DNA of 64,000 nucleotides from Oikopleura dioica (taxonomy: Eukaryota; Animalia; Chordata), in assembly GCA_907165135.1 (NCBI GenBank), contig OU015568.1, positions 7,440,001 through 7,504,000 on the forward strand. The letters run 5' to 3'. The position numbers and the translations under genes were made by a program. The notes under the pieces were generated by a model that saw only the letters and a list, made by a program, of their open reading frames with translations, had not been told where the DNA came from and searched no databases. Positions 53,330 through 64,000 of this stretch are shown here, in pieces (position 1 is the stretch's first letter; each line of letters begins with the position of its first letter).

Positions 53330-54641
53330 ATGGATGCGAGAATGAGAGCTATGCAAAAGGCCAAGCTTTTGGCCAAACGTAAGAGGGCCAAAGCAGAGAA
53401 AGTAGAGAAAGAAAACAGGTAAAGAATCAAGTTAAAGCTCAAAATACTAGAATATCTCGATAGTAAACCAAAGAATGAAGCGTCATCGCCATTGGGGGAG
53501 TCCCCAAAGAGCAAGCGGCAAATTTCGATGGTGCCCGAAATGCTCTCTAAATTTAAAAATCTCCACGGACAAGATGAATTCGAAAACTGGACGCAGGAAG
53601 ATGTCATTTTCGACCTTCTCGGTCAAATGTCCAAGAATGAGGAGCAGGTCAAGGCGGAAATAGAAGGCTTTCAGGACGATTTCATCGACGTCGCAAACAA
53701 GTTTCAAGTTTCTTCGCAAAAACTTGGAGGGCTTTCGAAAGAGCTGCAGCTTGAGGAGGCGAGGATGCTCAGAGAGCATCAGAGATTTCAGCGCGTAAAA
53801 GTGCTGAATGCTGAGATTCGACGGGAGAAGGAAAAGCTCGAGCAAAAGAGAGGAGAGATGATCAAATATCTACAGGAGCAGAGGCAGCGACTCAATCTTC
53901 TGAAGGACAAACAAGCTGAAGTCGATATCAAGAGAAAAGATATTCAAAAGGTAAGTGCAAAAGGTTGTAGTTTATTATTTCATAAAAAGAGGATTCTTGA
54001 AAGAAAATTAATTGGTGTTTTCATATTGCTTTTTCTTCACCGACTATGCATACAGTATGCAGCAAACTTTCACCGACTATATAAAGATAAGTGTATTGAA
54101 TCATTTAAAAATTATATCATATTATTTATATCATATAAATTATATGGGTTTTGGATTTTTTCGTCATTTTATGACATTGTGTCCCCAAAAGAGGGCGCAA
54201 CACTGCACTAGTTCTCAGTGGGAACTCAGTATAACTTGGTTCGATTCAATGTTACTTTAACTGATTGGCATCAATCATGATCGATAATGCACTAACGATA
54301 CTACCTTCTTTTAGAAACTATTCGAAGCAAGAACCCGTCATACCAACGAACGATTCATTTCTACATCGAAGGTCAAGAACTTTTTGAGGGAAGGGGAAGT
54401 ACTCAACGACGAGAACAACCGTCTTCTTGAGAAGGTATCAAAATTTACCTCACAGAAATTTATCTTATTTCAGATGAACGAGCTAAAAGCAGACTATGAA
54501 CTCGCATCAAATGCATTTCTCGACGACTTGAAGGTATTTTTTGAGCAAGACAAGCTTTCTAGTTCTTTTCTAGCAAAACTCGAGCTTCATTCGATCTCTA
54601 CGAGACAAACTCAGAGCCATACAGGAACTGGTTCATCTTGA
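53330..54641 (+). CDS. Coiled-coil protein, family not identified
   Basis: Long charged heptad ORF (53492-53950) linked by GT-AG introns to flanking exons. Confidence 0.6.
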
Positions 54642-54844
54642 CTACTGAAAACATCGATGAGAAAAATTTCAAGGAACCACTTTCAGGCAACTGAAAGCGA
54701 AAAACCAGCAATTTTGAAGCGATAAGAAGTTGCGAAGAAAAATAATTTATACTGTAACATCTGTACTTGAATAAACGTCTCTTCAGATAAAAATTCAAAA
54801 TACTATGAAGAAGATAGAAAAAATCTCCAAAAATGAAAAACAGC

Positions 54845-54864
54845 TCTAGAACATCATCTCTAGA
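54845..54864 (+). promoter_or_regulatory. Tandem TCTAGA motifs, candidate testis core-promoter element
   Basis: ctctagaaca occurs twice, 50-70 nt upstream of the CFAP58 ATG. Confidence 0.5.
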
Positions 54865-54914
54865 ACACGTCGTAAAATCAGGTTTATTTACAGTCATTCG
54901 CCAGTTTGTTAAAA

Positions 54915-57900
54915 ATGAGCGAAAAGACCGGAGACTCCGATCTCGTGCAGCTTGAGAAGGATTTCCAGGTAAGTTCTCGCCGCTCTCGTTCAGAATTTGA
55001 TTTTAAAATTACAGGAGGTGATCAATGAGCTCGCAGGAGAGCCGGCCCTTGAAAAATTCAAGGCCGAATTTGAAAAAGTGCACAATGCGCTGATTGAGGC
55101 CAATTTGTCTAACACCAAACTAGCAGCAAAGGAAGGGGTTAACCTTATCATCCTATCTACTTTAGTTTAAGTTTAAGCATTAATTTTTATTAAAATTTTG
55201 ATCAAAAACGAAACCCGCAAAAAGTGCCGCGAGCTCAACGCCGAGATCGTCTCCAACTCGACCAAGGTCTCTGAAGCGCTCAAGATCGGCGAGGATGATC
55301 AGTCCAGCATCTCGCAGCTCCAGTCCGAGCTGGAGAAGGCCTGGGTCATGCTCGACGCGTCGAATGAAAAGGAGAACCGAGCGCGAGAAACGATCAAAGC
55401 GCTCAAGATCGAGGTCGAGAACCTGACCAAGCTGGTTGAGAACAACACTGGTAAGGATTCCTCAAAGGGTTCATCATAACAAGGTGTGTTCTAGAGACTG
55501 TGGTGGGTCATGACAGCTCGATGAAAGAAATTATGCGCCAGAAACAAGAGCTCAAGGACGAACGAGACGCGCTCGTGAAAGAGTGCGACGAGCATCGAGC
55601 CGAGCTTGAGAAGAATACGGAACGCATTATTTCTGTAAGTTTACTCTTCCTTGATCTCTAATCTCATCTTTTTCCTAGCTCGAGGATCAGACCGCCCGCG
55701 CAACAAACGACATCGCCGAGCTGAAACAAGACATTCAGTTCAAAACCAACGACGCCGCCAAAGCCCTCCGAGCAAAGGAGAAGCTCGAGAAGGAGATCTC
55801 TGTCGTCGCTACAGCCCGCGCTGCATCCGAGCTCGAAGCGAAGAAACTCTCGGATCAGCTCGCGAAAAAGAAGGCTGAGCACGATGCTGTGGTCGAGAAA
55901 ACTCGCGCCGTTCGGATTGCTGCCGATCGAGCGCAAAAGGATATCAAAAATCTTGACCACAAGCTTCAAAAGACGAACGAAGAACTTTTGGTAAGGCGAT
56001 TCTCTCTCCATATTGGTCGATTTATTATCATTTTAGAAACAACAAGAGGTCACTGGCAAGTTGGGTGGCGAAAAAACTGAGCTTTTGTGCGAGTTGCGCA
56101 TCAGGGAGGATGAAATCTCAACATTAAAAAATGAAATTAATCGAAATAACAAAATTATGGAGAAGCTCAAGGTCAAGGTAGGCGGTTTCTTCCTTGATTC
56201 CGATGTTAAAATTGTCTTTTAGCTTCAAAAATCCGAAAGCGACCGAATTGAACTGGACAAAAAACGCGACGACCTGAAAGGCAAGGCAGCTGCGCTCGAG
56301 CGAGACCGAGACATTGCCGTCAAGCTGGCCGAAGTGGACAAGAAGCAGATTGAAGAATTGGCGCGCGAACGCGACATTCTCGATAATAACCTGCTCAAGG
56401 CCGCTTCTGCCACTGCTGCTCAAGTTGAAGCCGTCAAGCTCCATGTGTCGCACAAGAAGAATCTTGAATGCGAGATTGCTTCGTACAGAGAAGAGTCCAC
56501 TAAGCAGCGAAAGATTATCTTCCAGCTCGAAAAAGGTACCCGCCAAAATCCAAATATATTTTCTAATTCCAATTTCCCTAGAGCGAGAAAAATACATCAC
56601 GAGCACAATGGAATTGAACGTGAAAATCAACGAGCTGAGCAAGGACATGCGAATCTCAAAGCTGGAGCTGTTCGACTATCAGAAGCAGATCGCCGAGTAC
56701 GAGGCGCGACTGAAGCAGCAGCAGAGCATGAATGATACCGTACGCGCGGATCGCAATCTTTACTTGAAGAACTTGACCGACAGTCAGGAAGAAATCAACG
56801 AGCTCAGGAAAAAGATCAAAATCATGACGTACCAAGTGGACCAGTTCAAGGACGAAATCTCCAACAAGGAAGCCAGTCTCGTCAAAGTGAATCTTGAGCA
56901 CGCCCGAATCGAGAAGGAAAAGGAAGCTCTTCGGGCGGATATCCAGCGATTGAAGAACAACGCTGGAGACTCCGATCGACAACTAGAGTCGATGGAGAAG
57001 CAGATTTCAAATCTGCAGCAGATCATTCGCGAGGCCGAAGTCGAGCGACAGGGTCAACAGAAAACGCTGGAAAAAGTGTTGACCGAGCGAGATCTTCTTG
57101 GAACACAGCTTGTCCGGCGAAATGACGAACTCGCTCTTCTCCACGAAAAAACAAAGCTCCAGACGAGCGAGGCGATCAAGGGAGAACAGCACTACAAAAT
57201 GCGGCTGGACGACATTCGAATTTTAAAGACCGAACTCGCCGAAATTCGACGCGAGAAGAAACTGCTCAAGAAGAACTTGAACAGCGCCGAGCACACGCAA
57301 CGCGAAGTTCACAAGCTCTCCAGCGAGCTCATCCGCGAAAAGACCAGATGCAGAGCGCTGGAAGAAGAGCTCGAGAATCCGATGAACATCCATCGATGGC
57401 GACGACTCGAAGGCGCAGATCCATCAACTTACGAGCTTATCCAGCAAGTGCACGCGCTTCAGAAGCGACTGATCGAGAAGACCGCCGAAATCGTCCAGAA
57501 AGAGTTCAAGATCAAGGAGAAAGAAGCTTGCTACGTCGAGTTGCGAGAGATCCTCGCGCGACAGCCAGGACCTGAAGCAGCTGAGCAACTGGCCGAGTAC
57601 CAGCGATGCATGAGAAACAAGACAAAACAGCTCAAACGACTCGTTGCTGAACTCAACGTTGCGGAAATGTCGATGTCAGAGCAAGAGACTGAAATTGGCA
57701 GAATTTCCAATGAACTCAAGGTAAATGGCCCTCATTAATTTCAGATCATAATTCTGTATTTTTTAGGAAGTGAAGCAAAAGTACCTGGAAATGAAAAAGA
57801 ACGAAGCTCTCGCCCGCAATCAACGTCACATTCCCGCTGGAAAGCCACCAAAGCCAAATACAGAGCCAAAATTGCGCTTTGCAGGCGGCGGATTCAATTT

Positions 57901-57961
57901 GAAGCAGGCCAATGCTCTCCAGAAAAATGTATTATCTGCAAGTGTTACTAATTTCTCATAA
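54915..57961 (+). CDS. CFAP58: Cilia- and flagella-associated protein 58 (CCDC147)
   Basis: LEKDFQEVINELAG..LEKFKAEFEK, AKCRELNAEIV, LEKAW.MLDAS, VRADRNLY.KNL, ERDLLGTQLVRRNDELALL.EK, LEEELENPMNIHRWRRLEG.DPSTYEL, LKEILARQPGPEAAEQL-like segment and RFAGGGF. Confidence 0.95.
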
Positions 57962-57989
57962 ATAAATTATATTCTATTTTATCATCTCC

Positions 57990-58200
57990 AGGGCGTTTAC
58001 TTTTTATTTGACAGTTGGATTGGACCAATACAGTAATAGAGCATTTGAAAGTAGGATCAGCAGCTTCAAGCTCTTTTATAATTTTATAGCCAGCAGGGTT
58101 TTCCAACTAGCTCTTGACGCCATAAAAATTATGATCTCCCGGAAAGTCACGGCAGAGACAGCAACAATATTTTTCCAGTGCGTGGCATTTGAAGTCTTCC
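57990..58200 (-). pseudogene. Degenerate copy of the last ABHD exon
   Basis: Nucleotide match to 60520-60650. Reads FYGVKS*LENPAGYKIIKELEAADPTFKCSITV versus LYGGKSWVENSVGYKIIKELEAADPNFKCSVTV, with TAG at 58107-58109 replacing Trp. Confidence 0.8.
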
Positions 58201-58234
58201 AGTTGTTGTTACAAATATTTTTCTTTTTTCAATT

Positions 58235-60302
58235 ATGGGGCGATATTTTATTCTATGGGGCGAGAAATCTGACGCATATTTTTACGAGCTCCGTCATTTG
58301 CTGAACATAACGAATGGAGACTATACGAAAGGAAATACGTTTTTTGCATCAATGGATTACTATGCAAGGATGTTTTACCTTGTCATTCTGGGTGTACTCG
58401 GAGCGGCTATACTCCTTGCATCTGCAATTTATTTTTTTTGCAAAAAAAAGTATGTACTATTTTCGCAAAAAATAATTCATACTGTATAGATTTTCTAACA
58501 ATACCACATGGATACGCGCTCATCAAAATTTCTATATTTTGCGAATGTTTATCTTCTTGCTTTTTTACCTCGTTGATTTCGGGTAAGCCTTACTCCAGCT
58601 CACCAATACTTTCGTTTAATCTTCATTCAGGCTCGATATTTATATGGCAATACAACTGTTTAGGACAAGAAATTTCTTTTGGGGTTCATCGTCAATCATA
58701 ATTATCATCATTGCTCAATTTATTCAAAATATTGCTTCTTTTAACTCTAAAGCTCGGTTTTCAAAAGGACTCCTATTTATGATAGAGGATAATTTGAAAT
58801 CTTTTAAGATTTAACAGATGAAGAAAGAGAATCGTTTTCTGTAAAATTACTCCATTGTTTATGCATTGGACCAATATTTATATTTTATAAGCTCTTAAAA
58901 GTCCATAAGTCAGAGGTAGGCATAAAAGTTATACTTAGGCCACGCGCTTTTTAGTATACTGTACAGTCATTTCTCAAGCTCGTTAACAGGGAGAGCGCGC
59001 CGCTTGTTAAGAAACATTTTTTGATGGATTTGCCGAAAATAGATGGGCGCTCGCTAAGCCTGCCTTTCTCGGCTTGGAAAGTGGAGCTTTGCATCCCTTG
59101 TAAAGAAACTTGGGTTTTCCAAAAATAAATAGGACGCCCGGTGTAAAGAAACATGAGTGCAAATTGGTGTTGACAAACTTGAGAAATGACTGTATACGGT
59201 TTATACAGTATAACTTATACTTGAAATTGAAGTCGATGATTTACTTGGGGAATAATGCCGATTTTAGGGCACCAGCGAAAATTTACTAGAAAGAAAAAGA
59301 TCTTTAGAAATAGAATTCACTAAACTCAAAATTATAGAAGGATTGATTGAAGGAACTAGTCAGGTAAATATGGCAGAAATCGACAATTTTTGACCGACTT
59401 ATTAAATTTATGACAGGTTTTGTTGATTTATGAATTTTTTTTAGCTTTTTCTTAAATTTTATATTTACGTAAACTGCACATGGTATAAAGAATTCAGCGA
59501 CGGAGTCAGAAAAGAAGGGTTTCCACCCTATACTCGTGCTGGTAAAAATTAATTGATTCTATAAAATGTATATTTTTTTCTAGTAAATGATTATTGCGTT
59601 GCCGAACAGTCCATAAGTGTAAACCTTCGATCTTTATCCTTGTTAATGTCAGTGGCTACTTTTTTAATAACCATGAAGATGATCAAGGACGTTCAATACG
59701 ATAGTGATGGGTTGTCACTAAGTAAGCAGATATTTATTCTTTTTCAATTGGTACTGCAATTAGTTTTCCGTTCGATCATTTATATACTATTTTCATTTCA
59801 TTTCGGTGTTTCATCCACACAGTCCCCAACGAAAAATTTTCTCATCAGTTTTTTGCCCTTACTTATTCATTTTTTAATACTTATTGCTTATCAATCAATT
59901 ACAGATGGATTTTTGAAAGTTATTCGTCAAGATTGGTATTATTCAATAGGACGAGTATTTTTCTATGATCTAGGAGAGAAAAATTCAAGTATTGGCGCAT
60001 TGAATTTTTTACTAATGCATCTTGAAATTTTGATTGTTTTCATTCTGTTGATAGTAAATGGCTTAGGCGATGATTATGTATTCGGAATTTTTGGCTTAGA
60101 AATTCGATTAGAAACTGCTGCTACACTGATTAACATTTATCTATTTTTATTAATCATATTCGGCTTAAATTTGCTGTGGATATTCCGTCTTTGTCCGGCT
60201 TCATCAGTAAGACGTCAGTCTTTTGTCGAAGAAATCAAACTGATTCTCTGCCGGAATTGCCTCGTGAACACAAGCAATCAGGATGATTCTAATCAACCAT
60301 AA
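58235..60302 (+). CDS. AT-rich polytopic membrane protein, possibly XK-related; exon structure unclear
   Basis: Hydrophobic ORFs at 58235-58489 and 59640-60302 with an in-phase splice at about 59541-59584. SLSLLMSVATFL and LVFRSIIYILF loosely resemble XK-family segments. Confidence 0.35.
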
Positions 60303-60440
60303 TAAAATGAAACTGAGCTCTATTATTCCTTTTTAAATTTTTTTAAATTGATACAAAAGCTTCTCAATAAATTAATAAAATATTATTTTTAAACAACTTC
60401 AGGGGGCTTTTATTTATTCGCAAAACTTTGGCAGTTGGAT

Positions 60441-62072
60441 TTAAATTTTTGAGTTCAATATTTTGTTGACTACAGAATTGACTTCTTCCGGATGCGTGCA
60501 TTGAAGGTGATGAGACGCGTTTTCCACTACAGTTACAGAGCATTTGAAATTAGGATCAGCAGCTTCAAGCTCTTTTATAATTTTGTAGCCGACAGAGTTT
60601 TCCACCCAGCTTTTGCCGCCATAGAGAAAATGAATGTTTTTCGGAAGGTTTTCGTGTTTTTCGAGCATTCGAGGACCCATCGGATTTTTAGCGTATCCGA
60701 AGCCAGCATTCAAGTTGCTAAACGCGATCTCTCCGCTAGCCTTTAAAAACGAGTTTGAAAAGACGTTGCTGTGTTTGAGTACTTACAGGCTTTGCAGAGT
60801 TAATTTCAAAAATGTAGTCCAAAAACTCATTGCCATAGGTCGCCGCCAAATCCTTCCTCGCTGCTTTGAGTATTTTCGGGCCGAGCGACATGGGAAGAGC
60901 TCTGAGGATGTCCATACCACCGAACTTTAACCCAAGTCCTTGGTACGATTTGAGCAAGATTTTCTGCCACCAGTTTAGGCGCTTTTCAACGCGCTCTTCA
61001 AAGGTCATTTCAGACTCTTTTATTCCCCAGGCGTCGAGGAGAATAACTCTGAACATGAATTTAACAACAAAAGCTCCCATTTTCATCTTACCCTTCGGTG
61101 GAAAAATCAGCCTCAATCGCTAGTCTCGCTGCAAGATATCCTCCGAAAGAGTGGCCGCCGATCCAGAAGGTTGTTTCTCCAGGAACTTCTACCGCAATAA
61201 CATCTTTGAGTGATTTTACCCATTCATCTTCGGGTTCTTCTGGAAACTCTGGCCTTTCTGACTGAGCAAAACCAGGCAAATCGATCATCAAAATCGCTCT
61301 AAATTAGCGTCAATCTCTTTCAAGATTGAAAATCTGAAGATGAACGTACCCTGGGCTCGGGAACCAGTGTAGAAAACCTGAGTCAGGGTATTAAATAACT
61401 GAAATGAAAAGCCGCAAAGCGGCTTTTTTAAAAAACGAAGCCGCAAAGCTGCTTCGCAAATATTATCATTTCAATCTATCAAAAATTAAGACGAAGCCGC
61501 TTCGCGGCTTCGATTTTAAAAACGCCGCTGCGCGGCTTTTCATTTCAGTTCTTTCAGACCCTGACTCAGGTTTTCTACACAGGTTGTTGAGCCCAGAACG
61601 TACCTATCCGAAGCCATATCCGCTACATTTTTATAAAAACATCCTGTTCCAGCGACCCAGCCATGTAAAAGCACTAATGGCGGTTTCTCATTTTTGAGTT
61701 CTTCTCTGACCCAGTAGCATCGCGTTCGTCCAAGGTCAGTTTTTACGTCGACGAAGCTCACCGGCGTCGGCGAGAATAGACTCTTGACTGGATCTGGCGA
61801 AGGGACGGGAGTGGAGGCGATGGCAAAAGGAAGGGATTTAAAGTTGTAAGTGCATATTTTTAACGCTCTCAATTTAAAATTTGCCATTTGAATTTTGTAT
61901 TTTTCTAGCTTTGAAGTTGCTTTTAGTTTCTTTTATTACTTTTTCTTACATAATTAAGTACATTCGAGCTTATAAATCCCTATCCATTGATCCTCTGTTC
62001 GAAGGAAAATTAATTTATTTTTTGTATTTTTTTCTGGTTATCTTACCCTAAGAGCTGTCGTAAAAAGTTCAT
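60441..62072 (-). CDS. ABHD4: Alpha/beta hydrolase, ABHD4/ABHD5 family, Ser-nucleophile type; 5' exon uncertain
   Basis: PLVLLHG, IDLPGFAQSERP, GHSFGGYLA, ILLDAWG, YAKNPM..R, IHFLYGGKSW and ASHHL. Confidence 0.8.
61351..61596. mobile_element. Family-A MITE copy with perfect 8-bp TSD overlapping an ABHD splice donor
   Basis: AACGTACC at 61343-61350 and 61597-61604. On the minus strand the TSD reads G|GTACGTT, which is the donor. Confidence 0.92.
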
Positions 62073-62381
62073 TTTGTAGTACGAAAAAGTCACGATTAAA
62101 AGGATTGTTTGTTTGATCTCGGTCTCTGACTTGCCGTTCTCGACTGTCCCATTTACGCTCCAAAACAAGAAGTTACGTAAAGACAAATAACTCTGAAGAA
62201 AAAACTGGGGTAGAATGTGTGGGATAGAAAGATTCAGATTGTCAAACAAGAATGAAACTCCTATGAACGTGAATCGATTGGATGGGCGCGCGGCCAACTC
62301 TCCGTGGGGCAAAAGCATGCTGTATTACAAAAAATAAACGCAACCTTGAAAAAGTCTCTAAAAGTAGAAAATTTTTATTTT

Positions 62382-63268
62382 TTAAAAAGGTTTGAACAGA
62401 GCAAGGTATCCCTTGCAAATTTCTTCTTTGTCTTCGAGTTTCTTGTACAAAGGGTAGTCCTTCGAATAAGCTTCGTATTTGATGTAGTTGTACTCTTTCA
62501 GCTGAATTTTTTGTTAAGAAAAGTCTAAGGGAACGGAACATACGCCAATCTTCGTAGCTAGCTTTTGGCTGGCCTTGTTTGGGGCTGTGAAGAAAAAGGC
62601 CTCTGCTCCTTCTTTCTGCGAATTGCTAATGCAAGTTGACAGGAAAGTTGAGGCAATTCCCTTCTTTCTAAGTGCGCTTTTGACGCACATAACTCGGCAC
62701 GTGACCAGCTGATAGCCCTTCATTCGACCTTAAAATTACGATCAAGACCTGGACATAATCGAGTCGTCTATGATTTCAAGACTTTTTCGCTCGTATTTTG
62801 ACCTGCTAGTAGACTGACCTTGAGACTTGCTCATCGCGCCAATTTGCATGTCTGCCATGAGCGAAAAGTAGTTCACAGCGGTCTGTCCTTGAATAGGTTG
62901 GAGCTCGTTTGGCTTCCAGATCTTCGGGAACTTTTCTTTCGTCCCTAACATCACGGCTACCAGCTCATTATCCAACAGGAGCCCGAAAGAGTGGGGTTGA
63001 ATTTCGTCTAAAACGCCGTGAACGATGCAGTTTGTGACGATGTACTCCATTGAATCCTAATTTTCGGGAAAGAGAAAATAGTTATAAGAGCCCTAGAGAA
63101 GTAGATAATCTCGTCTATCCCTCTTTCCTCAAGAACAGTCCCCTCAACCGGCTTATCCCCGTTGAAAGTCACTATAACCGGCTCTGTGAAGGCATTATTT
63201 CGTAGAAACTGATTCACTTGATCCACGTGCTCTTCACTCAACGTAATTAAATCTAATGTTCCAGACAT
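62382..63268 (-). CDS. GNAT acetyltransferase of the insect aaNAT (Dat/speck-like) type
   Basis: V..FLRNNAFTEPV (cf. FFKDEPL), SFGLLLDNELVAVMLG, FSLMADMQ, motif A VMCVKSALRKKGIASTFL, and ASQKLATKIGLKEYNYIKY (cf. SARVMEKLGF). Confidence 0.78.
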
Positions 63269-63291
63269 ATTCCTCTCTAATTTCTTTCTAC

Positions 63292-63312
63292 AATTTGACG
63301 CAGCTGAAAAGG
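63292..63312 (-). promoter_or_regulatory. Candidate trans-splice acceptor between PAH and the GNAT gene
   Basis: Minus-strand tttcccttttcag about 35 nt upstream of the GNAT ATG, within a gap of about 135 nt after the PAH stop. Confidence 0.5.
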
Positions 63313-63403
63313 GAAATTGTGGATGTACTTGACACTTAGCGGGAAATTCAAAGGCGCGAAGCTTGAAAAAGAAAGAAGAAAATATTCATTGAAATTGGAT
63401 AAT

Positions 63404-63969
63404 TTATTCGATCATGCGTTTGAGTGCAGCGGAAAGGGCTTCGACTTGATTCTTGACTCCGTCGGCGATATTCTTGCATTGCTCAATATTGTCAAGAATT
63501 TCAACGGACTCGGTGTATGCGTTGTACTGCACTTGAACCGGCTTGTTCATCGTTTTGGCGAATTCAGAAACAAGGCGTTTTGCATCTTCAAATGACTCGG
63601 TAACGAAATAGGTTGGCTGGTAGGTGGTGATTGGGTATTCTGTCACAGAAGTTACTGATGGTTGGAAGGGGAGGATCTTTGGCTCGTCAGTTCGGCAGTA
63701 CTCAAGTTCGCCGAATGAGCTCAAAATGCCAGCGCCGTATGCTTTGATTTCTCCATCTTCCCTAAATGAACGGTTCCAGCTATGATAATGTTTGTTTCTG
63801 ATTTACCGGCAAAGTCCAAATTCAATAGTAAACCAATAAATCGTCGCTAATTTCTTCACGTCCTCATCTGATGCTCCAAGCGAAGCGAGGCCAATCTCTT
63901 GACTGAAGGCAGCAAACTTCGGGTCAGCAAAAAGAGGAACATGGCCGATCAGCTCGTGGCAAACATCTC
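63404..63969 (-). CDS. PAH: Biopterin-dependent aromatic amino-acid hydroxylase, phenylalanine hydroxylase-like; 3' exons only
   Basis: [50 protein letters not shown] and a C-terminal tetramerisation helix. YWFT/KAYG argue against TPH, and PITTYQ lacks the TH-type Asp. Confidence 0.88.
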
Positions 63970-64000
63970 TGGAAATAAAAACGTTTTTAGCGTTGTTGGA

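Noticed and set aside
54205-54250. tRNA-like A-box and GGTTCGATTC B-box in an intron
   Set aside because: The boxes are too close together and no cloverleaf can be formed.
56124-57719. Several minus-strand ORFs (up to 174 aa)
   Set aside because: Antisense shadows of the CFAP58 coiled-coil coding sequence.

Overview
Eukaryotic, gene-dense DNA with many 30-50 nt introns, some non-canonical (GA/GC/GG) splice donors and very short same-strand intergenic gaps. These traits fit the appendicularian tunicate Oikopleura (inference, not verified). Recognisable genes in order: VPS41 (5' truncated), AGPAT3/4-like and SLC35F5 (candidate operon); LATS/Warts kinase; GTP-PEPCK with a mitochondrial presequence and one apparent 1-nt frameshift; a divergent EB1/MAPRE; a ZIP zinc transporter with a His-rich tail; a RalGDS/RGL-type GEF; several orphan secreted or membrane genes, including a catalytically dead PLA2-like protein; VGLUT; an internally duplicated orphan; a coiled-coil gene; CFAP58; an XK-like membrane gene; ABHD4-like; an insect-type arylalkylamine N-acetyltransferase; and phenylalanine hydroxylase (5' part outside the window). 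About 25 copies or fragments of one hairpin-rich MITE with 8-bp TSDs occur, alongside at least six other non-autonomous elements, including nested insertions and a young 1.7-kb LTR element with identical LTRs. Best leads: the PAH-aaNAT(-ABHD4) cluster as a possible amine-acylation operon, and the mini LTR element with its array of stem-loop repeats. All exon assemblies and homologies were made by eye; coordinates of partial repeat copies are approximate.
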